A stretch of 64,000 bases of DNA. It comes from Narcine bancroftii. Taxonomy: Eukaryota. The notes below the pieces were generated by a model, which had not been told where the DNA came from, did no database searches, and was given only the letters and a program-made list of their open reading frames with translations. Both the position numbers and the translations under genes were made by a program. The DNA is taken from the NCBI RefSeq assembly GCF_036971445.1, contig NC_091478.1:28086001-28150000 (forward strand), written 5' to 3'. This document shows, piece after piece, positions 1-12,500 of the stretch. How positions within the stretch are numbered: position 1 is the stretch's first letter; the number at the start of each line of letters is the position of its first letter.

Positions 1-1960
1 ACCTGACAAATTCAGCCTCATCTATCCCTCCCGCAATCAGTAGGTGCCGGCCAATATTAGGGAAGTTCAAACTACAACCCTGTATTTCCCACACAAATCC
101 AAAATCTGCCTGCTTATCTGCTCCTTGGTGTCCTGATGGCTATTTTGGGGCCTTTTGGCTACTCCCAGCACAGTGATTGCTCCCTTCCTATTTCTGACTT
201 CCACCCACGCCGACTCAGTGGACATTCCCTCTGCAGTGTCCTTACTCTCTATAGACATGATAGTATCCCTGAGCAGTAATGCGCCCCCCCCCCCAACTTT
301 TCTACCTTCCATCCTATTCTTTTTAAAACACCTAAACCCAAGTACTTAACATCAGCCAATCTTGCCCTTCCTCCAGCAAAGTTTCAGTAATGGCCACAAC
401 ATTGTAGTTCCACGTAGTGATCCATGCTTTAAGTTCATGCCCTTTATTCCTAATAAACCTAGTGTTGAAATAGACACACTTCAACCCTTCTAACTGGCTA
501 CCTTTATTTTGTCCCGTGCTTGTCCTTCCTCTCCAACTCAGAACACGTCATTATGCTTTTGTCTTTCTGCACTCACATTCTGATTCACACCTCCCACACG
601 AGCTTAAACCCTCCCTAACAGCTCTAGTAAACCTGCTGCCACAATGTGGTCCCCCTCCTGTTCAGATACAGCCCATACTTTTTGTATAGGTCAGACCTTC
701 CCCTGGAGAGATCCCAATGATCCAGAAATCTGAACCCCTGTCCCCTGCACCAACTGTTCAGCCATGCATTCATCTGTCACAACTTCCTGTTCCTACCCTC
801 TCTGGCACGTGGTACAGGCAGCAATCCTGAGATTAGCACTCTGGAGGTCCTGCTTTTTAACTTTTCCTAACTCCCTATATTCCCTCTTCAGGACTTCATC
901 CCTACTCTTATCTCTAGTTCTTTTCACACTGGCTAACCAGTAAATTGGCCATTCAACGAAATGGTTAAAGAAGCCATTTTTGCTGTTCACACTGGACCAC
1001 TATTAATCTGTTCTCTGTGTCCTTTCACACTCACCACCAGGCAACCCAGAGAAAGGGGCACCTATCCTCATTAATTTGTCCTTGGATAGTCCATGTCCCC
1101 TTCACTCTGGATAAACTGGTATGCAGACATCAGATGATGTCAGGGATGATACACCCTACCTAGTCAGTCCACCCTGGAATGATTTGACACCTGCTTGCTG
1201 ATTCAGGAGTGTTCACACTGGCCCCTTAACAGGTATATTGGCTGTTAATTACTCGGATAAGGTGTCAGTGTGAAAGGGGCTTATGTCATTGGTCCCCATG
1301 TGGTCCACAACATCTGGCTGCTCGCCTCCCCCCCTCCAGAATGCTATGAACTCAACTTGTCCTTGACCCTGGCACATGGGAGGCAACATACCATCTGGGA
1401 GCCTTGATCTTGTTCACAGAACCTCCTACCTGCTCTCTTAGTTTTCCTCTTCTCTCTCCCCTCCCCTTCTGAGCCAGGGGGGACGGGGTACTTGTTGAGG
1501 GGAACAGCCACAGGAGTCTCTGCTCTTTCTGCCTCTTCCCCTTCCCTCTCCCAACAATCACCCAGTTACCTGTCTCCTGACTTTTTGGGGTGACCGCCTC
1601 TCTGAAGCTCCTGTCTATCATTAACTCTGCCTCTTCAAAATTTGAAATTCATCCAGCTCCAGTTCCCCAACGCGGTTTGTCAGGCGCTGCAGCTTAATGC
1701 ACCTTTTGCACGTGTAGTCATGAGGAACAAATGTGCAGTCCCTGACTTCCCACATCCTACACTCAGAGCACTTGACTGCCCTAACTATTGCCCCCATTAT
1801 CTACTCCCAAGTTAATTAAATTAATTAAAAAAACTTACCAGCCTTACCTCACTGGGAGCAAGCTCTTCCTCAGATCACCAAAGCCTCTGGAGCCAAAACC
1901 TCACTCCTACCCTGAGCCACTCACTCATCCGCCGCACCTCTTTAGCTTCTCTCCCTTTTA
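1..1960 (-). mobile_element. Degenerate CR1 LINE, 5' portion (5'UTR, ORF1 with zinc finger/leucine zipper and esterase region, start of ORF2 endonuclease); continues off the window
   Basis: Minus-strand translation near 1780-1655 gives AVKCSECRMWEVRD...DYTCKRCIKLQRLTNRVGELEL. ORF 67..312 (GGGALL...ESAWVEVRN...LGV..RP) is APE-endonuclease-like. Confidence 0.8.
917..1280. mobile_element. Non-autonomous PIF/Harbinger-like MITE inserted in the CR1
   Basis: Imperfect TIRs GTTCTTTTCACACTG / CAGTGTGAAAGGGGC, 3-bp flanks CTA/TTA, internal TTCACACT repeats. Confidence 0.65.
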
Positions 1961-1987
1961 ATTGTCCCTGGGAACTGTGCTCTAGAA

Positions 1988-2197
1988 CAGCCATTCTCAA
2001 CGGGGACCACAGCACATTGAAGTGAAAGCTTTTTCACCTCATGTAACATAACTTTTTTAAATGTAGTTGATAGGAGAAAAGTATGCAAGAAACCAGAATG
2101 TGACTGCTTGACAGGGAAGGAGGCCCATAAACTTTGAGCACAGTCCTGAGGGGTGGGGGGTGGAGTGAAATTGCTGAAAAAAGATTGAGAATGGTTG
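1988..2197. mobile_element. hAT (Charlie-like) MITE about 180 nt downstream of the POLL stop codon
   Basis: TIRs CAGCCATTCTCAA / TTGAGAATGGTTG; 8-bp flanks CTCTAGAA/TTCTAGAT (NTCTAGAN target). Related copies at 30172-30304 and about 49476-49755. Confidence 0.7.
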
Positions 2198-2377
2198 TTC
2201 TAGATACTGCTGAATGAATGTCAGAGATTACCTGGTAGATTGCTTGCAGAATAACCCTTCTCAGTGCACCAGGTACAATGTGACAATAAGCTCCAACTGA
2301 ACATCTCAGCAGCAGTGCCACGCTCCCACAGCAAGTAGGTGGGAGGGAAGGAGGGAGCCCTCTGCTTACACTGAGCT

Positions 2378-2739
2378 TCACCAGTCCCTCTCATGCGGTT
2401 CCCTGTACATTAGGCCCAGCTTCTCGAAGATGGTTCTCTCGGTTGGTGTGGGGATGGCAATTCCCTTACTGACCTTGATGTTCCCCTTCCTCAGGACCTG
2501 GCAGTTCAGTGAGTGCTCCGACAGGCTCATTTGCTTGGCTTTGGCCAAGGCTCGCATGGAGCGGTTTAAGTGTGCAGATCCGGTGAAGTACAAAAGGGCA
2601 CAGGCAAACTCTGCATTCGGCACCACGATGATGTCGAGCCGTCGGTAACGGTGATGGGGCCCGGGAAGGAGGCAAACACCCAGATATTTCACCTGGTTCC
2701 TGTTCTCTTCCTGACTGACCAAGTCATCAGTGATGAATC
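2378..2739 (-). CDS. POLL: POLL last coding exon: palm (RLD) and thumb, ending REPHERDW*
   Basis: [12 protein letters not shown]...KYLGVC...RRLDIIVVP...LLYFTGSAH...EPHERDW, the Pol lambda C-terminus. Acceptor TTGAAAG|; TGA at 2380-2378. Summed CDS is 1722 nt = 573 aa. Confidence 0.97.
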
Positions 2740-2844
2740 CTTTCAACAGAAAAGTCAAATGTCATCAAACTGCAAAACACTCCATGTTCTTGACAGGCAG
2801 AAATCTCAGGGACTTAAATCTAAACAAAGGGACAGCGCGAGTTA

Positions 2845-3149
2845 GAGCCAGAGACACACTCCCTCCACACTGTCCCATCTCACAGTCCCAGGGTCAGACA
2901 CAAAGTGAAGATCTCTCCACACTGTCCCATTACAAACACAGGGTCAGACACAGAATGAAGCTCCCTCATCACTATCCCATCACACTCCCAAGGTCAGACA
3001 AGAGTGAAATCCCCCCTCCACATACCATTGGATCACACATTCCCCAGTGCCAGACACAGTAACGCTCCCTTTACACCATTCAGACACAGAGTGAAGCTCC
3101 ATCCACACCGTCTCATCACACACACCCAGGGCCAGACACAGAGCGAAGC
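2845..3149. repeat. Diverged satellite of about 50-bp units (GGGTCAGACACAGAGTGAAGCTCCCTCCACACTGTCCCATCACACACTCCCA), resuming at 4150-4198
   Basis: About six recognisable units, plus one more after the LINE insertion. Confidence 0.8.
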
Positions 3150-4150
3150 CACAGTCTGCATCACTGGGAAGGAATTTGGAAGATAGAGAATCGCTCCTGT
3201 TGCAAAAGTCACAGAGACAGAAGGAGTGTTAGTGTTGTGGGAGTGCTCTGAATGATTTTTCGTGAAGAAATTAGCTTTTTTGGGAGTTTAACCCTGCTTT
3301 TCCAACGACGTGGATCATGTAATTGTCTGGCAGCCTACCAGGGTGGACCTCCTCCACCACAAAACACCAGTTTTTTGCCTAATTTGCTCGTGAACTGCTC
3401 AGAGTTATCACTGAAGGCCCCACACCACATGAGTTGTCTTGTGTCATTCCGGGATGTGGGCAGGTGGGATATAGACTGACAGCTCCTACACACACCATTC
3501 ACTTCCTCGTCTTTGTCTGTCCTACCCCTTGGCAGTGAGGAGAGTCCCTGCTGAAGGACTTTATATACAGGAGTCCTCCCCCTTTACATTGGATTTTACC
3601 TAAAGCTGTAATTTGTAATTGGTTTTTGAGTTGATTCACGGACTCACCAGTAGCCTGTCCTTGCTGTGGCTTGGATAAGACTGTGTTTCACGTAAATATG
3701 GAGTGTGTAAGGTTGCAGCCCCTGTTCGCGTACTTGAAGGGGTTGCTCCTTAGGTTTTGGCTGGATTTCAGCCTTTCACTTCTGATTTGGGCACCCAGTC
3801 CAGAGGGGGGAAAAGGTCGGCTGAGAGATGTCCTCATCGGTCTGGTTCTGGACCTGGCCAAGATGGCCATCATGGGTCCAGGCAACGGGCAGTCGAGGGT
3901 TCAGCCCAGGCTGACTGCCTGCCCCTCTTCCAAGGGTACCTGTGTGCCCGAGTGACCTTGGAGAAGCTCATGGTCCTCATGGGCACTTTGGAGGGTTTCC
4001 AGAAACAGTGGGTTCCATAAGGACCTGATGGTGCTGAGGACATGAGAGGATAATATTTTAATTTGACATGATGTAATGTGCATAGTTGGACTGAAAATGT
4101 AGTCGTAACTGTAGTTTGTTTTTGATGAATAAAAACATTGTTTAAAAAAA
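3150..4150 (+). mobile_element. 5'-truncated Tx1-like (L1-clade) LINE 3' end
   Basis: ORF2 C-terminal remnants (LYTGVLPLYI; TVFHVNMECVRLQPLF...LAKMAI), AATAAA and an A-tail ending near 4150. Confidence 0.7.
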
Positions 4151-4489
4151 GGGTCAGACACAAAGTGAAGCTCCCTCTACACTATCCCATTTGCACACTA
4201 ACCTGACCATACTTGGACTTGCCCACTGCCACGTGAGGACCAATACAACCTGGAGGAAAAACACCTCCACCTGTGCAGTCCACAGTATGAATTTTCTCCT
4301 GAACTACTTCCGTTCTTCCCTAGAATGAATCATCTTCCTCCACCTGATCCCCTCCCTCTTAACTCTCTCCCCCTTTGTTTGACATATGCCGCTTAATTGC
4401 CTTGGCCTCCCCATCTGTCCATCATCCTTCATCTCTTCCCTTGTTCATCAATCCACTCCTGGCCCCTGTCCGACCCCTCTAACCCTGTC

Positions 4490-5300
4490 CTCATTGGAAC
4501 TGCAGCACATAAACAGGCCCTTCAGCCTTTCTTGACTGTGCAGAACTATTATTCTTCCTAATCCCATTGATCTGCACCCAATACGTAGCTCTCCACACAG
4601 CCTCCCACCCATGTACTTGTCTTAAATGTTAAAATTGAGCCGCATTCACCACTTCAGCTGCCAGCTCATTCCACACTCCCACCACTCTCTGTGTGAAGAT
4701 GTTTCCCCTGTCACCCAACCTCAGTGGGAAAAGCCTACTTGATTTACTCTATACCCATCATAATTTTGTATACCTCTATCAAATCTCCCCTCATTCTTCA
4801 GTGCTCCAGGGAATAAAGACCTTAACTTTTCAGCTTTTTCCTTGTTAGTCAGTTCCTCAAGACTCTACTCTTTCAATGTTATTGACATCTTTCCTGTAGT
4901 TAGAGGACCAAAATTGCACACAATACAGGTAGTCCCTGACTTATGACCGTAGTGGGGACCGAAGGTTTGGTTGTACTCGGGTTGGTCGTAAGTCAGGGAA
5001 CAGGGACCTCGGGCTGCCGATGTGGTCATATGTGCAGGTGGACGTAACTCGTGTAGGTTGAAAGTCGAGGACTACCTGTACTCCAAAATTGGCCTCACCA
5101 ATGTCTTATACAACATCAGCATAACATCCCAACTCCAATACTTAATACTTTGATTTATGAAGACCAATGTACCAAAAGCTGTCTTTACGACTCTGTGATG
5201 CCACTTTCAAGAAATTATATATCTGTATTCCAAGATCCCTCTGTTCCACTGCACTCCTCATTGCCCTACTATTTAGCATGTAATACCACATATTACACTG
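4490..5300 (-). mobile_element. CR1 LINE 3' fragment interrupted by a Tc1/mariner MITE
   Basis: Similar to the 3' end of the young CR1 at 26549-27270. Confidence 0.7.
4926..5078. mobile_element. Tigger/pogo-like (Tc1/mariner) MITE, 153 bp
   Basis: TIRs CAGGTAGTCCCTGACTT / AAGTCGAGGACTACCTG with TA duplication. Removing it restores the CR1 sequence CACAATA|CTCCAAA. Confidence 0.85.
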
Positions 5301-5452
5301 GCTATCTGCCCTCTACACTCTCAGTCTGATAAAAGGCTCCGGCTCAAAAGGTTGACCATTGCTTCTCTCCCATTGATGCTGCTTGACCTACTGAGTTCCT
5401 CCAGCAAATTATTTATGCCCTAGGATTGTTTCTTTTGAATCAAAGCACTCAC

Positions 5453-5621
5453 CTTTCTCTTTCAGGTTGTTGAGGATTTTACTTAAGACACCTCTGTGGG
5501 ACTTTCCATCAGGATGTGTGATGAGCACGTCCACGTCCCCACATGTAGACTTCCCACGTCGGTAGGAGCCACAGGCTAGACCAGTCAAACCTGGATTGAC
5601 GGATCGAGCAGCGTCACACAC
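5453..5621 (-). CDS. POLL: POLL coding exon 6: palm with GSYRRG and catalytic GDVD motif
   Basis: [39 protein letters not shown]...KEK. Acceptor GTTGTCTAG|, donor G|GTGAGT; 169 nt. Confidence 0.97.
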
Positions 5622-5739
5622 CTAGACAACAGGAAGAATGTGAGCATACACCTGGGCAACACAGGGAAGAATATGAGCACAGACCTGGGCAACATTGGGA
5701 AGGATATGAGCACAACCTGGGCAACACAGGGAAGAATGG
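5617..5739. repeat. Four-unit tandem repeat (30-33 bp) of the POLL exon-6 acceptor region
   Basis: Units approximate CACCTGGGCAACACAGGGAAGAATATGAGCACA; each reads as a pyrimidine tract plus AG|G on the minus strand. Confidence 0.85.
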
Positions 5740-5776
5740 AGTTAAGCAACAAAGTCTGCACATACTCTGGTCAAAT

Positions 5777-6450
5777 TGTTATCCGGAGGATTATACAGCA
5801 GGTCGGTCATGAAACTACTTCAAAGATTAATCTGTGGAAGGTCATCTGACCAGAAAGGTCAAAAATCATTTCCCCCCTGTCAGTCAAGGTTAGCCTGCCC
5901 ACAGGTAGGTGCACACCTTGCTATTGGCTCATTTGAAGGTAGGCACATCGCGCCACTGACTCCATTAATCACCTTCCCTATTTTGGGCATACCTGAGCTG
6001 GCCCTTCCAGCTGGCTAAAGTATAAAGCACATCACGTGGAGCGGCTCTCTTTTTTCTCCCTGAAAACAAACTCTAGCTCCACTCCAGGTTGCATGCTGTG
6101 GGCGACGCTGGAGAGTCAATTGTAACGAGTGTGCAGATACAAGGTGGGGTGGGGGCTATTGTGGTGGATACCTAGAAAGGACTGTTGTGCCTATGGGAGT
6201 CAGGTACTCTTTATTTAACCTTCATTTAATTAAGTGGGATACTGAGTCTGTGGGTGCTGGGTACTGTTTAACCCTTGTTTCACAATTGGAAATTGTGATT
6301 ATCAGTGATTAACCAGCATCACCACATGATTTGAGTGTGTTGTGTTTATGTCTGTATGTGTGTGATCCCTGTTGTGACTTCCTGTGTGTCAACAAAGATC
6401 CTAATTTGTGATTAGATTCTGTTCAGACTTGTCTGAACTTGTTCTCCACA
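5777..6450 (+). mobile_element. Probable solo LTR
   Basis: TGT...ACA ends, flanks TCAAAT/TCAGAT, TATAAA at 6021 followed by a CT-rich stretch. Confidence 0.5.
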
Positions 6451-8023
6451 TCAGATGAATGCAATACCCAAACATGCTGGGGAAACTCAGCAAGTTATGC
6501 AGCATCCAGAAGTAAAAGGCTGTCAATCTTTCAGGCCAAAGCCCTTTGTTGGGATAGAGTTAAGAATATTCTAGAATGATACCCTCGGTCACTGCTCCAG
6601 CATCATTTTGCTCCTCTCTTCCCTCCTGTTTGCTGTTCCAGTCCCTGCTCCACGAGCTTTCCTGTGCTGGTAAACAAGATGCCTTCTCCCATGCTGCTCT
6701 GAGACAGCTCAGTTAACCCCCACCCCAATGAGCAGCAGGGTTTCAGCATGCAGTTTGTTGGACTCTGGCTTTAATTTAACCCCTAGATTCCAACAAGTTG
6801 GAAAAGAATCTTGACAATTTCATTCAAATCTCCCTAATCCGTGTGACAGACAGTTTAATCCTGTTAATTCCTTTTACAGATCTCCAAGACATCAATGGGC
6901 TGCCTGCTGCCGCTAGAGTAATCCTATCACTGATCAACAGGCTCAGAACTGCTCAGATTGACAATGGCTAGACCTCCTTATTGCCTTTTAAGTCCTGCCC
7001 TGGTGGGGTGAGTAGGCCAGACCTTGAACCTTGGTGCACGTGACACACACACCCACACCTGATGGAGTGATGGGCACAATACTCCATGATGAAAGAACAA
7101 CAGAGAGCTGGTAGCTCTTCCCATGATAAGTTGTGTAATGATAGACCTACTCAGCAGAACCTTCCTGAGGGGAGATGGAGGAAGAGAGCCCTTTGACACC
7201 CCCCTTTGCCTCCACAGCTGCTGTTCGACCTGAATTATTTCAGCTTACCTTGAAGAAGGGCTCAGGACTGTGCTGTATGTTCTATGATCCATATTGAACA
7301 GCAGAAGAAGGCTGAGGACATGGTATCATGGACCATGCGGCCCAGGACCCCAGAGGTAGAAGTGGAGGATGGAAAGAAAACCACGATAACACATGGACAT
7401 TGGAATGGCATCAAGCTAGGGGAGATGGAGTGCTCAATAGTCTTCAGGCTGAATAGGACACAAGTTGCATTCATTAAGGTCTCAGCTGGAATGTGATCGA
7501 ACAAAATCAGAAGTGGAGGAGAGCCAATCTCGGTGCAGTGTCCAGGGAGAGTTCCACTGGCTGCTGCCTTTTGTATGAGACTGTACTGCACCCCAGATGT
7601 CCTGCCATTCCCACATGAGGAGTTTGGGATAGCAGAGGGGCTGATCATGGATCTATTTATTGGGAGAGGCCCTTTGGAGGGTGGTCACAGGACAGAGGAA
7701 TGAAACTCTTCAGGTAGCAGTACAACTATGGCCCCAACTTCTCTCCTCCACAGGATGGCTTCTGTGCCCTGAAACCACTGATACAAGGACAATTTCTTCC
7801 CTACTGTTATTAGACTCCTGAAGGACCCTCACTCCAGTAAAATAAGGTTGTTCTTGCTCTGTTCTAACAGGTCTCTCTCTTTAACACTGCACTGTTTTCA
7901 TTGCTGCACTATGTTTAAGTTAACTAGCTCGAGTGCACATAGAACAAATGTTTTCACTGTACCTCGGCACAAGTGATAATAAACTTGAACTTGAGTTGCA
8001 AGCTGGAAAGCAGAAGCACTTAC

Positions 8024-8152
8024 AGTTCTCTCAATCTCAGCAGCCTCCTCCCTGGACATACGATCCAGAAAATCATGGTAGTGCTTGAGGCCGATAGCCT
8101 GTTGCCTGTTGAGACTGGCTTTTGTCTTTATGTCCTCTAAATTTCGGAATCC
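8024..8152 (-). CDS. POLL: POLL coding exon 5 (absent from the ORF track)
   Basis: Manual translation [43 protein letters not shown]. Acceptor TTTTTTAG|, donor ACT|GTAAGT; 129 nt. Confidence 0.95.
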
Positions 8153-9595
8153 CTAAAAAACACAAAGTACCACAGTTCTTCAATTAATTCTGCAAGTGAA
8201 GTCAAGGAGAACACCCCTAATAGGTTGTAGTTCAAAAGTAAAGATGCAGTTTTAAGGTCATAGAGGAGAAGAGATTACATCACCCAGAGAGTGGTGAATA
8301 TTTGGAGTTGTAAAGCCACAGTTAATGATTACATTCAAGAGAGTTATCAATTGATTTTTAGATGTTAAGAGCATCAAGGGACGTGGGGCTAGTACTGGAA
8401 AGTGGCACCACAGCAAACCATTTACTGACTAGTAGAACAGGTTCAATGGACATCTGGTTCTACTCCTTGTCCTTTGAGGAAGTGCCAGATCAGCGAGCAG
8501 GATTCAAGAGAAAAATAAAAGTTGCAGATTCTGGAATATTGAGCAAATGAAATGACCTGCTGGAAGTATCAGCAGGTCAAGTAGTGGCCGTGAGATCAAC
8601 GCTTTGGGTCAGCACACTTTATTGAAACTAATGCGAAATGAAGGTGATATAACGGGGGAAGAATATTGGGAGGAACTAAGGTGATAAGGGTACTGGACAG
8701 GAGGTGGAAGGACAGGTGGAGGGAGATACTGTATGTCTGTTCTTGGCCTCATCCATTGTTAGTGTAAGGCCAAGTGTGAATTTGAGGAAGAACACATTAT
8801 ATTCCTAAAGGTGATCCAGTTAGCATAGCGGTTAGCGCAACACTTCACAGCGCCAGAGAACCGGGTTTGAATCCGCCACTGTCTGTAAGGTGTTTGTCTG
8901 CATGGGTTTCCTCCTATGTTCCAAAAGATATGGGGGTTGTAGGTTAATTTGGATGAAATTGGGCAACACGGGTTTAAATGGCCAGAATCTGTTTCTAATG
9001 TGCTATAAATAATAGATAATATAATAGACAGCTTTTAACCTAACTGCATGAAGATTGATTTTTCTTATTTTAGATAACTTCCACCTCTGTCTCGTCCAAC
9101 TGTACCATCTCTTCTTTATCTACTCTAATGTTCCTACCCCAGTTGAGTCTCCTACCTTCTAGAAAGGGAGAAAGTGTTCCGACCCGAAACATTGACTGAC
9201 CATTTCTACCTATTGATGCTGCCTGACCTGCTGAGCCTCTCCAGCTGCTCAGTTTGTTCAGATAGGTTACAGGCTTGTTTGAAAGGAAAGTGAATGGGTT
9301 AGCTGGGAAGATGGAATGCTCCCTACTTTCTTGGGACTTCAATAGAACCTCTCACAAGAGCTACATAGTCAATGAAATACAAAAATGATCTCCCCACGTT
9401 CTTTCCTGCCAACTTCTCCCATGAACCAATTCTGCTTTCTCTCCACAGGTGCTGTCAGACTTGGGGAGTGTTTCCAGCATTTTCTATTTTTGTATATTTC
9501 AAATTTTTAATTTTCAAATACCCAGCCGGGGTGATGAGACATTTCTGCCTGTCAATCCTCAAATTGATGCCTCCAAGGCAGATTGCTAAATGCTT

Positions 9596-12500
9596 TTTTT
9601 AAATAATTTTTTTTATTTTTCACACGGTGAACCATATCAACCAAAATATGTACAAATGTATCTCATTAAATTTACATAGTGGTCTTTTCTCCTTCCCCCA
9701 TCCCCTTTCCCTCCCTCCAAAACCCATAAATATTCAACATATACAATACAATAAAACCATAAAACAATATTTTCACACAAAGGAAAATAAACAAGAAAAA
9801 TGCGTCATCTATTAATTACACACTGAATCTAGTTGTTTTGTCTTCTTATCATTTTCATTCTCATTTTAGGGGATGGAGGTCGTAGGCAAGCTCTCTCTGT
9901 TATGTTCCATGTATGGTTCCCAAATTTGTTCAAACATTATGGCTTTATTTTTTAAATTATGTTATTTTTTCCAATGGAATACATTTATTCATTCCCATGT
10001 ACCATTGCTGTATTCTCATGCTCTTTTCCATTTTCCAAGGTGACATTATACATTTTTTTGCTATCGCTAAGGCTATCATAATGAATTTTTTTTGCACTTT
10101 ATCCAATTTGAGGCCTAATTCTCTACTTATGTTACTTAAAAGAAATATCTGGTTTTTTTGGTGTTATTTTTTGTAATTTTATTTAGTATCTGATTTAATT
10201 CTTCCCAAAACGTATTCACTTTCGTACGTGCCTAAGTTGCATGTAATGTTGTTCCCATTTCCTTCTTACAGCGAAAACATCTATCCGATAATGTTGAATC
10301 CCATTCTTTTAATTTTTGAGGAGCCTGTGTAACCAATTATATTGTAACATGTGTAACCTTGTGTTTATTGTATTCTTCACAGTTCCAGAACGTAACTTTT
10401 CCCATGCTTCATTTTTTATCTTTATGTTTACATCCTTTTCCCACTTCTGCTTAGGTTTAGTTTATTTCATTTTCCTTATCTTGCAGCTTAATGTACATGT
10501 TGATTATAAATCCTTTGATTATCATTCTGTCTGTAATCATGTATTCAAAAGTGCTTCCTTCAGGTAATCTCAAGCTGTTTCCCAATTTATCCTTTAAATA
10601 AGCTTACAATTGATGATATGCAAACATTGTACCATGAGTTATTCCATATTTGTACTTCAACTGTTCAAATGTTAATAAATTATTTCCCAAAAAAGTTTTC
10701 TATTCTTTTGATTCCTTTTCTCTCCCATTCTCTAAAGGAAAGGTTGTCTATTGTAAAAGGGATTAGCAGATTTTGCGTCAATAGTAATTTTGGTATTTGA
10801 TATTGGTATTCGTTTTTTTCCTTTCTAAATGGATCTTCTTCCATGTATTAAGTAAATGATGTAGTACTGGTGAGTTTTTATATTGTACCAGCTTTTCATC
10901 CCACTTATAAAGTATATGTTTTCCCCTATTTTATCTAGTTCTATCTTAGTCCAGTCTGGTTTTTCCCTTGTCTGATAAAAATCTGATAAATACCTTAATT
11001 GTGCAGCTCTATAATAATTTCCAAAATTTGGTAACTGTAAACCACCTTGATTATACCTCTCTGCTAATTTATCTAACGCTACCCTTGGATTCCTCCCTTC
11101 CCACAAGAATTTCCTTATTCTCTTTAGTTCATTAAAGAATTTTTCTGTTAAAGGAATTGGTAATGTTTGAAATAAGTATTGTATCCTTGGGAACACGTTC
11201 ATTTTAATGCATTTTACCCTCCCTATCAACGTTAGCGGTAATTCTTTCCAATGTTCTAAATCTTCCTGCAATTTCTTTATTAGTGGCTGATAATTTAGTT
11301 TGTACAAGTGGCTTAAGTTATTATGTAACCTGATCCCTAGGTATCGGATTGCTTGTGCTTGCCATTTGAATGGTGATTCTTTTTTAAATACTGTATAGTC
11401 TGCGTTACTCATTGGCATCACTTCACTTTTATTTGCGTTGATCTTGTACCCCGATATTTCTCCATATTCCTTCAATTTCTTACACAATTCTTTTACTGAT
11501 ACCTCTGGTTCTGTTAGGTATACTATGATGTCATCTGCAAATAAGCTGATTTTATACTCCTTCTCTTTTATTTTTATCCCTTTTATTTTATTTTCTATTC
11601 ATATCAGTTCTGCCAAAGTTTCTATTGCTAAGGCGAACAATGAGGGGGATAGTGGCCATCCCTGCCTAGTTGACCTACTTAATTTAAAGTGACTCGATAC
11701 ATATCCATTTACTGTTACCTTTGCCAACGGTCCATTATACAATGCTTTAATCCAATTTATATATTTTTCTGGTAGATTGAACTTCTGTAATACTTTAAAT
11801 AAGTAATTCCACTCTACTCTGTCAAAGGCTTTTTCTACGTTTAGAGCAACAGCCACTGTTGGTTTCTTATTTCCTTGAACTGCGTGGATTAGATTAATAA
11901 GTTTCCAGACATTGTCCGCTGTTTCTTTTCTTAATAAATCCAGTTTGATCTTGTTTTACTATTTTAGGTACACAATCGGCCAATCTGTTTGCTAATAATT
12001 TTGCTATTATCTTATAGTCTGAGTTAAGTAGAGATATTGGTCTATATGATGCTGGTGTTAATGATCCTTCCCCGTCTTTGGTATTACTGTAATTATTGCT
12101 GTCTTACATGAATCTGGCAAATTTTGTGTTTCTTCTATCTAATTCATTACTTCCAGAAGAGGAGGAATTAATAACTCTTTAAATGTTTTATAAAATTCTA
12201 TTGGAAATCCATCCTCTCCTGGTGTTTTATTGTTCGGCAGCTTTTTTAATATATCCTGTACTTCCTCTATTTCATATGGTTTTATTAGTTTGTTTTGTTC
12301 CTCTTCTTGCAATTTCGGCAGTTCAATTTTAGCTAAAAATTCCTCTATTTTATCATCTTTCCCCTTGTTCTCAGTGGGATGTCCTCCAGTTCTATTGCTA
12401 ATAATAGGGGTGAATGATCTGATAGTAGTCTAGCTTTATACTCAGTTTTCCTAACTCTCCCTTGAATATGGGCTGACAACAAAAACATATCAATCCTTGA

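Noticed and set aside
2845-3149. Regularly spaced repeats superficially like a CRISPR array (also 5617-5739)
   Set aside because: The units are contiguous diverged tandem repeats without unique spacers; eukaryotic context and no cas genes.
7262-7648. 128-aa minus-strand ORF in a POLL intron
   Set aside because: No recognisable domain and not needed for the complete POLL CDS; probably decayed repeat sequence.
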